Assembly (NCBI GenBank): GCA_024281315.1
Contig: JAJSAE010000069.1
Location: 1 to 50,156 of the forward strand
Length of the DNA stretch: 50,156 nucleotides
From: an archaeon
GTDB taxonomy: Archaea; Thermoplasmatota; Thermoplasmata; JAJSAE01
Direction of reading: 5' to 3'
Made by a program: the position numbers and the translations under genes
The notes under the pieces: generated by a model
What the model was told of the DNA's origin: nothing
The model's database searches: none
What the model saw: the letters and a program-made list of their open reading frames with translations, nothing else
Shown: piece after piece, positions 37,654 through 47,037 of the stretch
Numbering within the stretch: position 1 is the first letter of the stretch
Layout of the letters: each line of letters starts with the position of its first letter

Positions 37654-38382
37654 TCATTCCATCATTATTTCAAGAAAGCGCTCCAGATGCAGGGCAAGAG
37701 ACGGGTCATCGGTATATCCGCAGGCACTCAGGTCCGGTGCGGCCAGAAGGGCCACCTTTCCGTCGGCAACCACATCTGTTGCGATGAGACCTTTTCTTCT
37801 TACCACCTTTGTGTTCGGAGGAGTTTTAAGCATGGGGGCCGTTATAACCACCACTTCCACACCGCGTTTCAGAGCATTCGAGAGATTTTTCCTCAATTTT
37901 TTTCTTATTTGGCTTATAGCTGGCGTGGAGATTATAACTCTCACCTCGGCCATATCCATTACCTCTGCCAGTTTTTCCATGACACTGTCTTCTCCCATAA
38001 GAGTATAGACGAGCTGCGGCACACCCCTGAATTCCACGATGTCTCTGAGAAAGGCAATACGGTCGAATACGCTCTCTATCTCTCTGACAAAGTCTGCCGA
38101 GAGTTTTTCCGGGGGTTCCGCCGTATACATGATAGGTCTGCTCTCCGTACTCCTCACGAAACTTCTGTCTTTCAGCGACTCCAATACCTTGTAAGCGGAA
38201 GTTCTAGGTATCTTTGCGGTTCTGGCTATATTGTCAGCACTCCCCTTTTTAATGACAACCAGAGCAATATATGCTCTTGCCTCATAGGATGACAGCCCGA
38301 GTTTTTCCAGCCCGTTTATCAGCGAGAGGAACTCCTTCATCACATCCTTCCCTTCCATATCTGGAAAATTTTCCATATCCAT
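37654..38382 (-). CDS. TrmB-family transcriptional regulator
   Basis: LGLSSYEARAY..L, A..IA....IPR...Y.VL.SL...; C-terminal PLD-like effector domain. Confidence 0.9.
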   Translation of the reverse strand: MDMENFPDMEGKDVMKEFLSLINGLEKLGLSSYEARAYIALVVIKKGSADNIARTAKIPRTSAYKVLESLKDRSFVRSTESRPIMYTAEPPEKLSADFVREIESVFDRIAFLRDIVEFRGVPQLVYTLMGEDSVMEKLAEVMDMAEVRVIISTPAISQIRKKLRKNLSNALKRGVEVVVITAPMLKTPPNTKVVRRKGLIATDVVADGKVALLAAPDLSACGYTDDPSLALHLERFLEIMME

Positions 38383-38455
38383 TCTATCACTTTGTCGCAG
38401 AAACGGCTACAAAACATTTAAGTCTTTCCCTTGGTATTCCCTCATAGGTGAAATT

Positions 38456-40120
38456 ATGTCGATGGTAATAAAACCAACGATACTCAAGAAGGGGCTACCA
38501 AAGGAGACAAAATCTCTCTGCCCCGAGTGTAAAAAGGTAATTCCTGCGCTCATGTACGAGGAGAACGGAAAGGTGATGTACAAGAAAACATGCCCGGAGC
38601 ACGGGGAGTTTGTGGATATATATTTCGGTGATGTGAAAGCATATCTCAGAATGGAGAAGTGGGCCGTTGACGGCGTGGGCGTGGAAGATCCAGTTGCCGA
38701 GATAGTGGACGGCTTTCCACCGGCTTGCGACGGCTGCCCCTCTCACTTCAGTCATACCTCCCTTGCTAACATAGACCTTACAAACAGATGTAATCTGACA
38801 TGCCCGATATGCTTTGCCAATGCGAATGCGGCCGGTTTTGTCTATGAACCGGACCTCGAAACACTGCGACGGATGATGGTAGACCTGAGGAGCGAAAGAC
38901 CGGTTCCCACCGTGGCGGTTCAGTTCGCCGGCGGAGAGCCCACGGTATATCCGCAATTTATGGAGGCAATAAGCCTTGCCAGAGAACTGGGATTTGCACA
39001 GATACAGGTGGCGACAAACGGCATAAGACTCGCTCACGACCCGAACTTTGCGCAGGAGATGGTGAATCACGGAATGCATACCATTTATCTCCAGTTCGAC
39101 GGTTTCAAGGAGCAGACATATATGACCGCCAGAAACAGGCCGCAATTTCTGAAAGAGAAGCTGTTAGCAATAGAGAACTGCAGGAATGTTAGGCCGAAAC
39201 CGCTCTCCGTTGTTCTGGTGCCGGTGGTGGTAAGAGGCGTGAATGACGACGAAATAGGAAATATTGTTAAATTTGCGCTTGATAACCTTGACACCATAAG
39301 ATCTGTCAATTTCCAGCCCGTCTCCTTTGCAGGCAGGATAAGCCAGAAAGAGAGGATTAACGGGAGATATACCACCGGCGACCTCATAAGGGACCTGAGC
39401 GAACAAACAGATTTCTTCAACGGGCCGGAGGACTTCTTCCCGATTCCGGCCGGTGCTATTCTCTCCGAGATGATTTCACAGATAACGAACGAGCCGAAAC
39501 TCGCCTTCACCACGCACCCAGCCTGCGGCTCTGCAGCCTACCTGTTCAGGGACAAGTCCACGGGAAAGATCATCTCCATATCCAGATTTCTGGATGCCGA
39601 CGGAGTTCTCGACGAGGCCTACAACCTTGTCATGAGCGGAGAACTGGAGAAGATGGGCAAGGTGAGGGGAGGGCTAAAGGCCTATAACCTGCTTAAGCGG
39701 CACATAGACAGGGAGAAGGTTCCCGAGGGTCTGGACATTCTGAGAACACTAAAGGACATATTCGTGCAGGGTAACAAGGCCGCCGTGGGCAAGCTGCAGT
39801 GGGAATCTCTTTTCATAGGCTCAATGCACTTTCAGGACCTATACAACTATGATATCGACAGGACAAAGAGATGCGTGATACATTACACTACACCAGACCA
39901 CAGAATCATACCCTTCTGCTCATATAACACGGGACCCGAGTACAGAACCGAGGTGGAGAAGAAGTTCGGCATAAGCAAGGAGGCTTGGCATAAGAATAAT
40001 CCAAACGGTCACATGATGGGCTTTGACCTCTATCCGGAAGGCGGGGAAATGCCCGCTAATATGAAGTTTCCTGAGAAGACAGAGGAGATATACAGAAAGC
40101 ACAGCATCCCTCTCGAGTAA
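38456..40120 (+). CDS. tes: Radical SAM tetraether lipid synthase (Tes / GDGT macrocycle synthase, MJ0619 family)
   Basis: N-terminal SLCPEC...KTCPEHG, ANIDLTNRCNLTCPICFANA, QFAGGEPT, ATNGI, NFQPVSFAGR, HPACG, MHFQDLYNYD..R..RCVIHY..PD..IIPFC. Confidence 0.88.
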   Translation: MSMVIKPTILKKGLPKETKSLCPECKKVIPALMYEENGKVMYKKTCPEHGEFVDIYFGDVKAYLRMEKWAVDGVGVEDPVAEIVDGFPPACDGCPSHFSHTSLANIDLTNRCNLTCPICFANANAAGFVYEPDLETLRRMMVDLRSERPVPTVAVQFAGGEPTVYPQFMEAISLARELGFAQIQVATNGIRLAHDPNFAQEMVNHGMHTIYLQFDGFKEQTYMTARNRPQFLKEKLLAIENCRNVRPKPLSVVLVPVVVRGVNDDEIGNIVKFALDNLDTIRSVNFQPVSFAGRISQKERINGRYTTGDLIRDLSEQTDFFNGPEDFFPIPAGAILSEMISQITNEPKLAFTTHPACGSAAYLFRDKSTGKIISISRFLDADGVLDEAYNLVMSGELEKMGKVRGGLKAYNLLKRHIDREKVPEGLDILRTLKDIFVQGNKAAVGKLQWESLFIGSMHFQDLYNYDIDRTKRCVIHYTTPDHRIIPFCSYNTGPEYRTEVEKKFGISKEAWHKNNPNGHMMGFDLYPEGGEMPANMKFPEKTEEIYRKHSIPLE

Positions 40121-40159
40121 AACCTTTAAATCCAAACCCATTCCATTTACGGTGATAGA

Positions 40160-40333
40160 ATGATCAGGATAGATGTTTCGAAGTGTATGCACTGCGGGGC
40201 CTGTGTGGGCACATGCCCGGTAAACGCCATGTTCCTGAATGATGCCGCTCTTGAGGTCTATGACAATTGCATAGACTGCGGTCTCTGTGTGAAGGTGTGT
40301 CCCGTTGCGGCTCTGACAATGATTAAAAAATAG
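40160..40333 (+). CDS. 2x[4Fe-4S] ferredoxin, 57 aa (below ORF-track cutoff)
   Basis: GGTGA, then MIRIDVSKCMHCGACVGTCPVNAMFLNDAALEVYDNCIDCGLCVKVCPVAALTMIKK*; two CxxCxxCxxxCP motifs. Confidence 0.93.
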   Translation: MIRIDVSKCMHCGACVGTCPVNAMFLNDAALEVYDNCIDCGLCVKVCPVAALTMIKK

Positions 40334-40342
40334 GTGGTAAAA

Positions 40343-41533
40343 ATGGAGGAGTTTGATGTTGTTGTTGTAGGTGCGGGGCCTGCCGGGAGCATAACCGCCA
40401 AGTATGCGGCCATGGGCGGGGCAACCGTATTAATGCTGGAGAAGCGACAGGAAGTGGGCTCTCCGGTAAGATGCGGAGAGGGTATTGCGCGGAAATGGAT
40501 AGATGAGGTGGGCATTAGACTGGATAAAAGATGGATCGCTCACGAGGTAAAAGGCGCAAAGCTTGTTTCCCCCGACGGCACGGAGTTTCGCATAGACGAA
40601 GAGCACGCGGGCAGCGAGGTTGGGACCATAATTGAGAGAGACATCTTCGATAAGGCCCTTGCGGAGGATGCGGTTAAAGCTGGAGCCGAATTACGCCTCA
40701 AAAGCGCCGTGCGCAGCCTGACTTTCGAAGAATCCGGGAAAGTGAATGGAGTAAAGGTGGAGTCGTTGGAAGGGACCTATGAGGTAAAAGCAGGAGCAGT
40801 GGTAGGTGTCGATGGTTTCGAGTCACAGATTGGGCGCTGGGGAGGCATCAACACCAGCATCAAGCCCAATGATATAACCTCGGCGATTCAGTACAGGATG
40901 GTGGATATCGAACCGGACCCGGACTATGCCGAATTCTTCCTCGGAACCACATGGGCCCCAGGCGGATATGTCTGGATATTTCCCAAGAGCGAGACATCCG
41001 CAAATGTGGGTGTGGGGATCCTTCTCTCCAATGTGAATGAGCCGGGGGATGCCAGAAAATATCTTAATAAATTCATAGAAAACAGACCATATCTCAAGAA
41101 GGGAAAGGTGATAGAGATTGTGTCCGGAGGGGTTCCTGTTTCCGCACCTCTCGATGAAACCGTGAAAGACGGGCTTCTTCTTGTGGGAGATGCTGCGAGG
41201 CAGACCAATCCTCTGACTCGCGGCGGTATCGCCAACGGCTGTATTGCCGGAAAGATTGCCGGCGAGACCCTCTCGGAGGCTGTGAAAGAAGGTGATTTCT
41301 CCAGTTCGTTCCTGATGAGGTATGAAAACGGATGGAGGGAACGGCTTGAGGAGGAACTCTACCGGGATTGGATGGCCAAGGAGAAGCTGATAGGCCTGAA
41401 CGACGATACTCTGAACAAGATGATAAGCGTGCTCTCCGAATCTGACATAGACGAACTGTCAGTCTACAGGATACTGGAGGAAATAAGGAAGAGGTACCCG
41501 GAACTCGTCAGGGAAATAGAGGATCTTCTTTGA
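40343..41533 (+). CDS. Digeranylgeranylglycerophospholipid (geranylgeranyl) reductase
   Basis: VVGAGPAGS, PVRCGEG, PGGYVWIFPK (PxxYxWxFP), ANVGVG, GDAA; ATG 40343 after GGTGG. Confidence 0.92.
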   Translation: MEEFDVVVVGAGPAGSITAKYAAMGGATVLMLEKRQEVGSPVRCGEGIARKWIDEVGIRLDKRWIAHEVKGAKLVSPDGTEFRIDEEHAGSEVGTIIERDIFDKALAEDAVKAGAELRLKSAVRSLTFEESGKVNGVKVESLEGTYEVKAGAVVGVDGFESQIGRWGGINTSIKPNDITSAIQYRMVDIEPDPDYAEFFLGTTWAPGGYVWIFPKSETSANVGVGILLSNVNEPGDARKYLNKFIENRPYLKKGKVIEIVSGGVPVSAPLDETVKDGLLLVGDAARQTNPLTRGGIANGCIAGKIAGETLSEAVKEGDFSSSFLMRYENGWRERLEEELYRDWMAKEKLIGLNDDTLNKMISVLSESDIDELSVYRILEEIRKRYPELVREIEDLL

Positions 41534-41592
41534 GAGGCAATAGAAACATTTATCAAATAGGAAATAATACGGCATGGAGAAAGGGGAATTTC

Positions 41593-43206
41593 ATGGAAGA
41601 CGCCGAAGAGAAACTCAGCAGCATGACGGTAGCCGAATTAAAAGAACTGGCCAGAGAGAAGGGGATATCTCTTAAGGGAATTAAGAAAAAAAGGGAGATA
41701 ACGGCCGCAATATTGGAATCCACCAGTTCCAGCGAACTGTTCAATCAACAGTCTGCAGCGGAAAGGATGACAGAGGACCTTGATGATGTGGAAGAGAGCA
41801 TCAACGAAATAATGGCCGACACTCAGGAAGCAATCGCTATCGTGGAGAGCGACCGGCTGGTGGACGAGGAGAAAATCTCCGAAAAACTCGAGGATGCGCG
41901 CAACAGTATGCTTGATTTCAATACCCTCCTTCAATACCTCGAAACCCTTCCCAAGACATTTGACAAGAAGGATTATGCCCTTGCTCTTTATCAGGTGATG
42001 GCGGCGGAGCGCATTTCGGAGCGGGTATTCTCAGGCTGGTATTCGTGGACGGTAGCATGGATTATAAGTGCGTCGGAGAAAATGATTGAAGAACTGGAGA
42101 GTACGGGTTACGATATGAAGGAACAGAGACATCTTATGAAGATTGCCAAAAGGGCCTTCGGAGATGGTTTGCAGGAGTCAATGAGAGAGAGTGCTTTGGC
42201 CCTTCAGAAGTCGGTCAGTGCGGCCTTTGAAGGTAGAATGTCGGATGTGGACGAGCGTTTGACTATGTTGGAAGGCGAAATTGCAAAGATAAGCGAAATC
42301 GGTGCAAATATCTCTGATGCGAGCCAGCTTCTCGTATCTGCCAGAAACATGCTTCTTAAATACGACCATCTGGGGGCCGAAAAAAGAATTTTTGAGGCGG
42401 AGAGCAGCATAGAGATGGCAAAAACAGAGCGCATACAGCAGATAAACGACTACTTTCCCCGGGTGGAATCTTTGATAGAGGATGGGAGAAGCCTCGGTGC
42501 GGATATGTCTGAAGCCGAGCATCTTCTGAAACTGGCACGGGAATCATTCTCAAGAGAGGATTATCTGATGACCAGCGAACTACTCGGCAAGGCCGAGGCC
42601 GGTGCGCTTGAGGGGCAGGAGGAGCAGATAAAGAAGGCAATGAACCTTCGCAGGACCCAGATTGCCAAGGCCACGGAGATAATAAACTACAACGAACCGT
42701 TTGTCAGGGAAGCAGTGGCATACGGGCTGGATATAGGACAATCCTCGGAATCTATCCGACAGGCAAAGACGGCACTTTCGAGAGATGATTATGTGGAGGG
42801 ACTGAGGCTGGCCAACGAGCTGAAAAGATTTGTAGCAGGACTGAAACCCGAAATAATGGAGATTAGAGCTAGAAGGGGCATAACGGTCCCTGAAAAAGGC
42901 ATTTGCAGCAAATGCGGCTCGGACAAGCTCGCTTTTTCCGACAATGGAACCGGCGTTTGCGAGGCCTGTGGATATGGTTTTATATGGCTTCGCCTTCAAC
43001 CGATCGCTCGTGCTCCGGCACCACCGCAGTCAGCACCTTCTTCGAGCACAGTTCCTGCAGGAAATACGGCCATGAATACCTGCCCACAGTGCGGCACCAC
43101 ACTGAATTTTGTGGAAGGCGTCGGTATGGTTTGCCCTAACTGCGGCTTCACCCGAGCGGTAACCGTAAAAAAGAAAGCGGCAAAGAAGAGAAGCATTTTC
43201 CACTGA
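41593..43206 (+). CDS. Hypothetical helical-repeat protein with N-terminal helix-extension-helix motif and two C-terminal Zn-ribbons
   Basis: LSSMTVAELKELAREKGI...K.EI..AI (Rho-N/SAP-like); repeated GxDxSEAxxLL helical units; CSKC..CEAC and CPQC..CPNC. Confidence 0.75.
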   Translation: MEDAEEKLSSMTVAELKELAREKGISLKGIKKKREITAAILESTSSSELFNQQSAAERMTEDLDDVEESINEIMADTQEAIAIVESDRLVDEEKISEKLEDARNSMLDFNTLLQYLETLPKTFDKKDYALALYQVMAAERISERVFSGWYSWTVAWIISASEKMIEELESTGYDMKEQRHLMKIAKRAFGDGLQESMRESALALQKSVSAAFEGRMSDVDERLTMLEGEIAKISEIGANISDASQLLVSARNMLLKYDHLGAEKRIFEAESSIEMAKTERIQQINDYFPRVESLIEDGRSLGADMSEAEHLLKLARESFSREDYLMTSELLGKAEAGALEGQEEQIKKAMNLRRTQIAKATEIINYNEPFVREAVAYGLDIGQSSESIRQAKTALSRDDYVEGLRLANELKRFVAGLKPEIMEIRARRGITVPEKGICSKCGSDKLAFSDNGTGVCEACGYGFIWLRLQPIARAPAPPQSAPSSSTVPAGNTAMNTCPQCGTTLNFVEGVGMVCPNCGFTRAVTVKKKAAKKRSIFH

Positions 43207-43245
43207 TTCCAAAAGCCTTTTTTAGAGCGGCACATATCACCCTCT

Positions 43246-44466
43246 ATGAAAGTCTATCTTAGAGAGTTCCGCAATTTTGAGGATCTGATTGCATGCTTTC
43301 GCGAGATTGGCCCCGACCCTGTGGGGGAGGAACTGATGAGGGAGAAGGCCGGGAAATACAGTTTTTTCATCAGAGATGTCCGTTCCCCTGTGGCAAACAT
43401 CATGAAGCAGGAAATGCTGGCCTCGGGAGGGGATGCCGTGGTTTCAAGAGGTGCTGTTGTCTGCTCTGAAGATAACGCTCCTGTCCTTCTGATGGGAAGT
43501 ATAAAGGAGCTCAGGAGAGGGGCAAAGCGATTTAAGAGGCAGTACTTCGGTCTTGGGCCGTTGGGGGTGGAAATGGAGGTGATGCTGGATAACATCTCGA
43601 AGAGGCAGACACCAATGGAATGGAAATGGAATAGACATTACAGGCTTGATTTTGATAGGCCGCTCATCATGGGCATACTGAATGTAACACCAGATTCTTT
43701 CTCGGACGGGGGGAGATTTCTTGATGCGGCTACTGCCGTAAAGCGTGCGGAAAGAATGATTGAAGAGGGGGCAAATATAATTGATGTCGGCGGCGAGTCT
43801 ACGCGCCCGTTCTCGGAGCCCGTAGGTGCGTCGGAAGAAATTGAGAGGGTCATTCCAGTAATAAAGGAAATTAGCGGAATTTCGGATGTTCCGATTTCTA
43901 TAGACACCTCGAAGCCGGAGGTGGCCGAAAAGGCCCTTGATGCCGGTGCATCCATGATAAATGATGTTTACGCGGCGAAAGGAGAAGGAATGACCGAACT
44001 GATTGCGGATACGGGCACCCCCATAATTTTGATGCACATGCTCGGAGAACCAAAGACCATGCAGGAAAACATAAACTACACCGATGTGATGGACGATATA
44101 GCGGACTTTTTCAGGGAACGGATCTCTCATATGCAAGAAAAGGGTGTGAACAGGAATAGAATAATAATCGACCCGGGAATTGGCTTCGGAAAGACTGCAC
44201 GGAATAACCTTGAAATTCTTGGCCGCCTCGGAGAAATGAGGATATTCGGCCTCCCCATTATGGCTGGTCCGTCAAGAAAGAGTTTTATCGGGGCTGTCAC
44301 AGGTAGAGAAGTGGACGACAGGCTGTATGGCAGCCTCTCTGCCGCTATTGTGTCGATGTTAAACGGGGCGAATATTTTGAGAGTACACGATGTAAGCGAG
44401 ACAAGGGATGCCCTTCTCATGGCGGAGGCCCTGCTGAAAAAGAGGATGCCGCAGAGTAATCTTTAA
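43246..44466 (+). CDS. folP: Dihydropteroate synthase with N-terminal extension
   Basis: IMGILNVTPDSFSDGG, IDVGGESTRP, ISIDT, INDV, LMHM, DPGIGFGKT, SRKSFIG, RVHDV. Confidence 0.95.
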   Translation: MKVYLREFRNFEDLIACFREIGPDPVGEELMREKAGKYSFFIRDVRSPVANIMKQEMLASGGDAVVSRGAVVCSEDNAPVLLMGSIKELRRGAKRFKRQYFGLGPLGVEMEVMLDNISKRQTPMEWKWNRHYRLDFDRPLIMGILNVTPDSFSDGGRFLDAATAVKRAERMIEEGANIIDVGGESTRPFSEPVGASEEIERVIPVIKEISGISDVPISIDTSKPEVAEKALDAGASMINDVYAAKGEGMTELIADTGTPIILMHMLGEPKTMQENINYTDVMDDIADFFRERISHMQEKGVNRNRIIIDPGIGFGKTARNNLEILGRLGEMRIFGLPIMAGPSRKSFIGAVTGREVDDRLYGSLSAAIVSMLNGANILRVHDVSETRDALLMAEALLKKRMPQSNL

Positions 44467-44497
44467 TATGGTGGGGCCATGAGCAGACGGCGATATA

Positions 44498-45466
44498 ATG
44501 AACAAAAAAGATGTCTATGAGAATGTGGCCACCGTACCGGTAGAGGATATGAAACTGGAGAAAGATATGACGGTTGCCGAACTGGTGGATGAGATGTACC
44601 GTTCTGGAGGATTTACCGCAAAAAAGGTAGGCATCGCCGCCGACATTCTACGGAGGATGTTTATGGACAAGGAGAGCGTTAATTTCCTATCGTTTCCCGC
44701 TTGTATAATATCCACCGGAACCCGAGGGATAATAAAGGAGATGGTGAAGAGAAGAATGGTGGATGTCATCATAACGACATGCGGCACACTTGACCACGAC
44801 CTCGCAAGGATATGGAAAGACTATTATCACGGCGATTTCCTCATGGACGATGTGGAACTGTACCATCACGGTGTGAACCGACTCGGAAATATCCTTGTGC
44901 CCAATGAGAGCTACGGCCTCATTCTGGAAGAGAAGCTTATCCCCATTATCAACGAGGTATACAAAACGGGCAGACATGTGTTTTCCACCAGCCAGATAAT
45001 AAAAGAGGTCGGCCTCCGCCTTAACGACAAGGACTCCATAATCTATTGGGCCGCAAGGAACGAGATACCAGTCTATGTTCCCGGCATAACCGACGGTGCA
45101 TTTGGATCCCAGCTCTGGATGTACAGACAGGATCATAAGGACTTCATGATAGACCTTCTCAGGGATGAGCAGGAACTGGCAGACATAGTCTTCCCGGCAA
45201 AGAAGAGCGGCGCCCTTATGATAGGCGGCGGAATCTCCAAGCATCATACCATCTGGTGGAACCAGTTCAGGGACGGCCTCGATTATGCGGTCTATCTGAC
45301 CACTGCAGAGGAGTACGATGGGAGCCTTTCCGGTGCCAGAGTACGGGAGGCTGTTTCATGGGGTAAGGTGAGAGAGAACGCCCGTTATGTAACGGTGGAA
45401 GGCGATGCGACTGTCACGCTCCCTCTTTTAATGAACGCCGTGCTGGGAAGCCTGAAAAGGGAATGA
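44498..45466 (+). CDS. dys: Deoxyhypusine synthase
   Basis: GGFTA, ISTGTRG, TTCGTLDHD, NRLGN, PGITDG, IGGGISKHH, DGSLSGA...EAVSWGK, GDATV.LP. Confidence 0.95.
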   Translation: MNKKDVYENVATVPVEDMKLEKDMTVAELVDEMYRSGGFTAKKVGIAADILRRMFMDKESVNFLSFPACIISTGTRGIIKEMVKRRMVDVIITTCGTLDHDLARIWKDYYHGDFLMDDVELYHHGVNRLGNILVPNESYGLILEEKLIPIINEVYKTGRHVFSTSQIIKEVGLRLNDKDSIIYWAARNEIPVYVPGITDGAFGSQLWMYRQDHKDFMIDLLRDEQELADIVFPAKKSGALMIGGGISKHHTIWWNQFRDGLDYAVYLTTAEEYDGSLSGARVREAVSWGKVRENARYVTVEGDATVTLPLLMNAVLGSLKRE

Positions 45467-45493
45467 ATAAAAAAAGAAAAGGTTTCTTGGGGT

Positions 45494-46279
45494 TTATAAC
45501 TGGCTACCCGGTCTGGGTGCGCCGCACTTGGGACATGTGTGCATGTATGGCGGTATCTGTGTCCCGCAATTGGGACAGATAACGGTTCCGTCCATTCCTA
45601 TTGCCTGTGGTGCCGTACGCTGTTGCTGGGCAGACACTGGCTGTGGCGGCGCCTGATACTGTTGCTGGGGCTGTTGATATGCGGAGGGCGGGTTATACTG
45701 CGGCTGAGGGGTAGGTTGCGGCTGTCCGTATGGTGGTTGTTGTGCCGGCTGCTGATAGCCCTGCTGTGGTGCTGTCTGCTGCGGCTGTTGATAGCCGGGC
45801 TGTTGTTGTCCGTAGTTGTATTGTGCCGGAGGGGCCTGACCAGGGGCAGCGTATTGCGGGGCAGTTGTAGCTTCGTCCATCTTGGTCTTCGATATGAAGA
45901 GCAGAATGCCGGGGATGAGCCCGAACACTATGCCCAGAATCATCCACAGTGTGATGTCGCTCTTTGCCTGTGCAACCCTGTTCTGGTCTATTGCGTTTAT
46001 TATCTTTCGCTGGATGTTAAGAGCTATAAAGACCAGTATAAAGGCCCCTGCAAGGTCATATATAACTCCAAACCATGTCCAAACCCCAACACCCCATGCA
46101 GCCCATGTCAGGGCCCACAGAAGATTCCCGAGTCCGACAAGTAGCATAAGAATTGCAAAAATGGCAGATATCAGTTTCGCATAGTATGCCATCTCCCTTG
46201 CTTCTTTCAACGGTCCCGAAAGCCATGGAGGGGCAGTCCCTCCGCCTGTGAGTTCTTCGATTATGTCGGTCATGTTCAA
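45494..46279 (-). CDS. Three-TM membrane protein with Gln/Pro-rich linker and C-terminal Zn-ribbon
   Basis: Three hydrophobic segments, YQQP-type low-complexity stretch, CPNCG...CPKCG; GGAGG upstream (start 46279 or 46273). Confidence 0.8.
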   Translation of the reverse strand: MNMTDIIEELTGGGTAPPWLSGPLKEAREMAYYAKLISAIFAILMLLVGLGNLLWALTWAAWGVGVWTWFGVIYDLAGAFILVFIALNIQRKIINAIDQNRVAQAKSDITLWMILGIVFGLIPGILLFISKTKMDEATTAPQYAAPGQAPPAQYNYGQQQPGYQQPQQTAPQQGYQQPAQQPPYGQPQPTPQPQYNPPSAYQQPQQQYQAPPQPVSAQQQRTAPQAIGMDGTVICPNCGTQIPPYMHTCPKCGAPRPGSQL

Positions 46280-46476
46280 TCCTCCGATTGTTGTATTCTG
46301 TAAGGGTATAGGTTCTTTCCTATTTATCCTTATCGTAAATCGCTCTGAAGCACCGGGGATGGTTTAAAGAATTATTTCACAAAACATGAAGTAATGGCCA
46401 AGACTTTATATAAGAGGATGTTCATTCCATATTCTGCGGCATTGGTTTACGCTAAATCAAGTAATCAGGGATTGAC

Positions 46477-47037
46477 ATGAGCAGAGAGAGAGAAATGTGT
46501 GCCCTTCTGGGGAATCAGACGGTTGCGGACATTCTTCGCTTTATTGCGAGAAAAGATGCGGTGACGGCCAGCGAGGTAGCCCACAGCCTGCAAATACATG
46601 TGGCCACTGCGGTAAAGTATCTCTCCGCCCTCTACGACTTGAATGTTTTGAATAGAGAAATACGGAAGACGGGACGGCGTCCCGCCTATGCCTACCATTT
46701 AGAGTCGGATATTATAAGAATAGAGTTCAGATTTTCCGACGCTAGCGGGGAGAGCGGATGGCCCTCTCTTTATTCTCTGTTTGAAACGGTGAGACAGTTG
46801 TACGGTTCGAAACTGCCGGAAGAAACTCCTCTTCTGGAATGCCTCGATTTAGGCAGAGAAAAGGGCTTTCTGAGGTTTGGAGAAGACGGTTGCGGAGATG
46901 ACGAACTGGAACGGGCCGAATCCTATCTAGTGGATTTCGCCCGGAGAAATTTCGGAACACGAACAGCGGAGTTAATCGTTAGAAAGGTGAGAAAAAATCA
47001 TACGAAAAGAGAAAAAGGTGAAATATATGAGAGTTAA
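46477..47037 (+). CDS. Winged-HTH (ArsR-like) transcriptional regulator
   Basis: LGN....IL..., TASEVAHSL..HVATA.KYL..L, GRRPAYAY.L; BRE/TATA-like AAGACTTTATATA upstream. Confidence 0.8.
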   Translation: MSREREMCALLGNQTVADILRFIARKDAVTASEVAHSLQIHVATAVKYLSALYDLNVLNREIRKTGRRPAYAYHLESDIIRIEFRFSDASGESGWPSLYSLFETVRQLYGSKLPEETPLLECLDLGREKGFLRFGEDGCGDDELERAESYLVDFARRNFGTRTAELIVRKVRKNHTKREKGEIYES

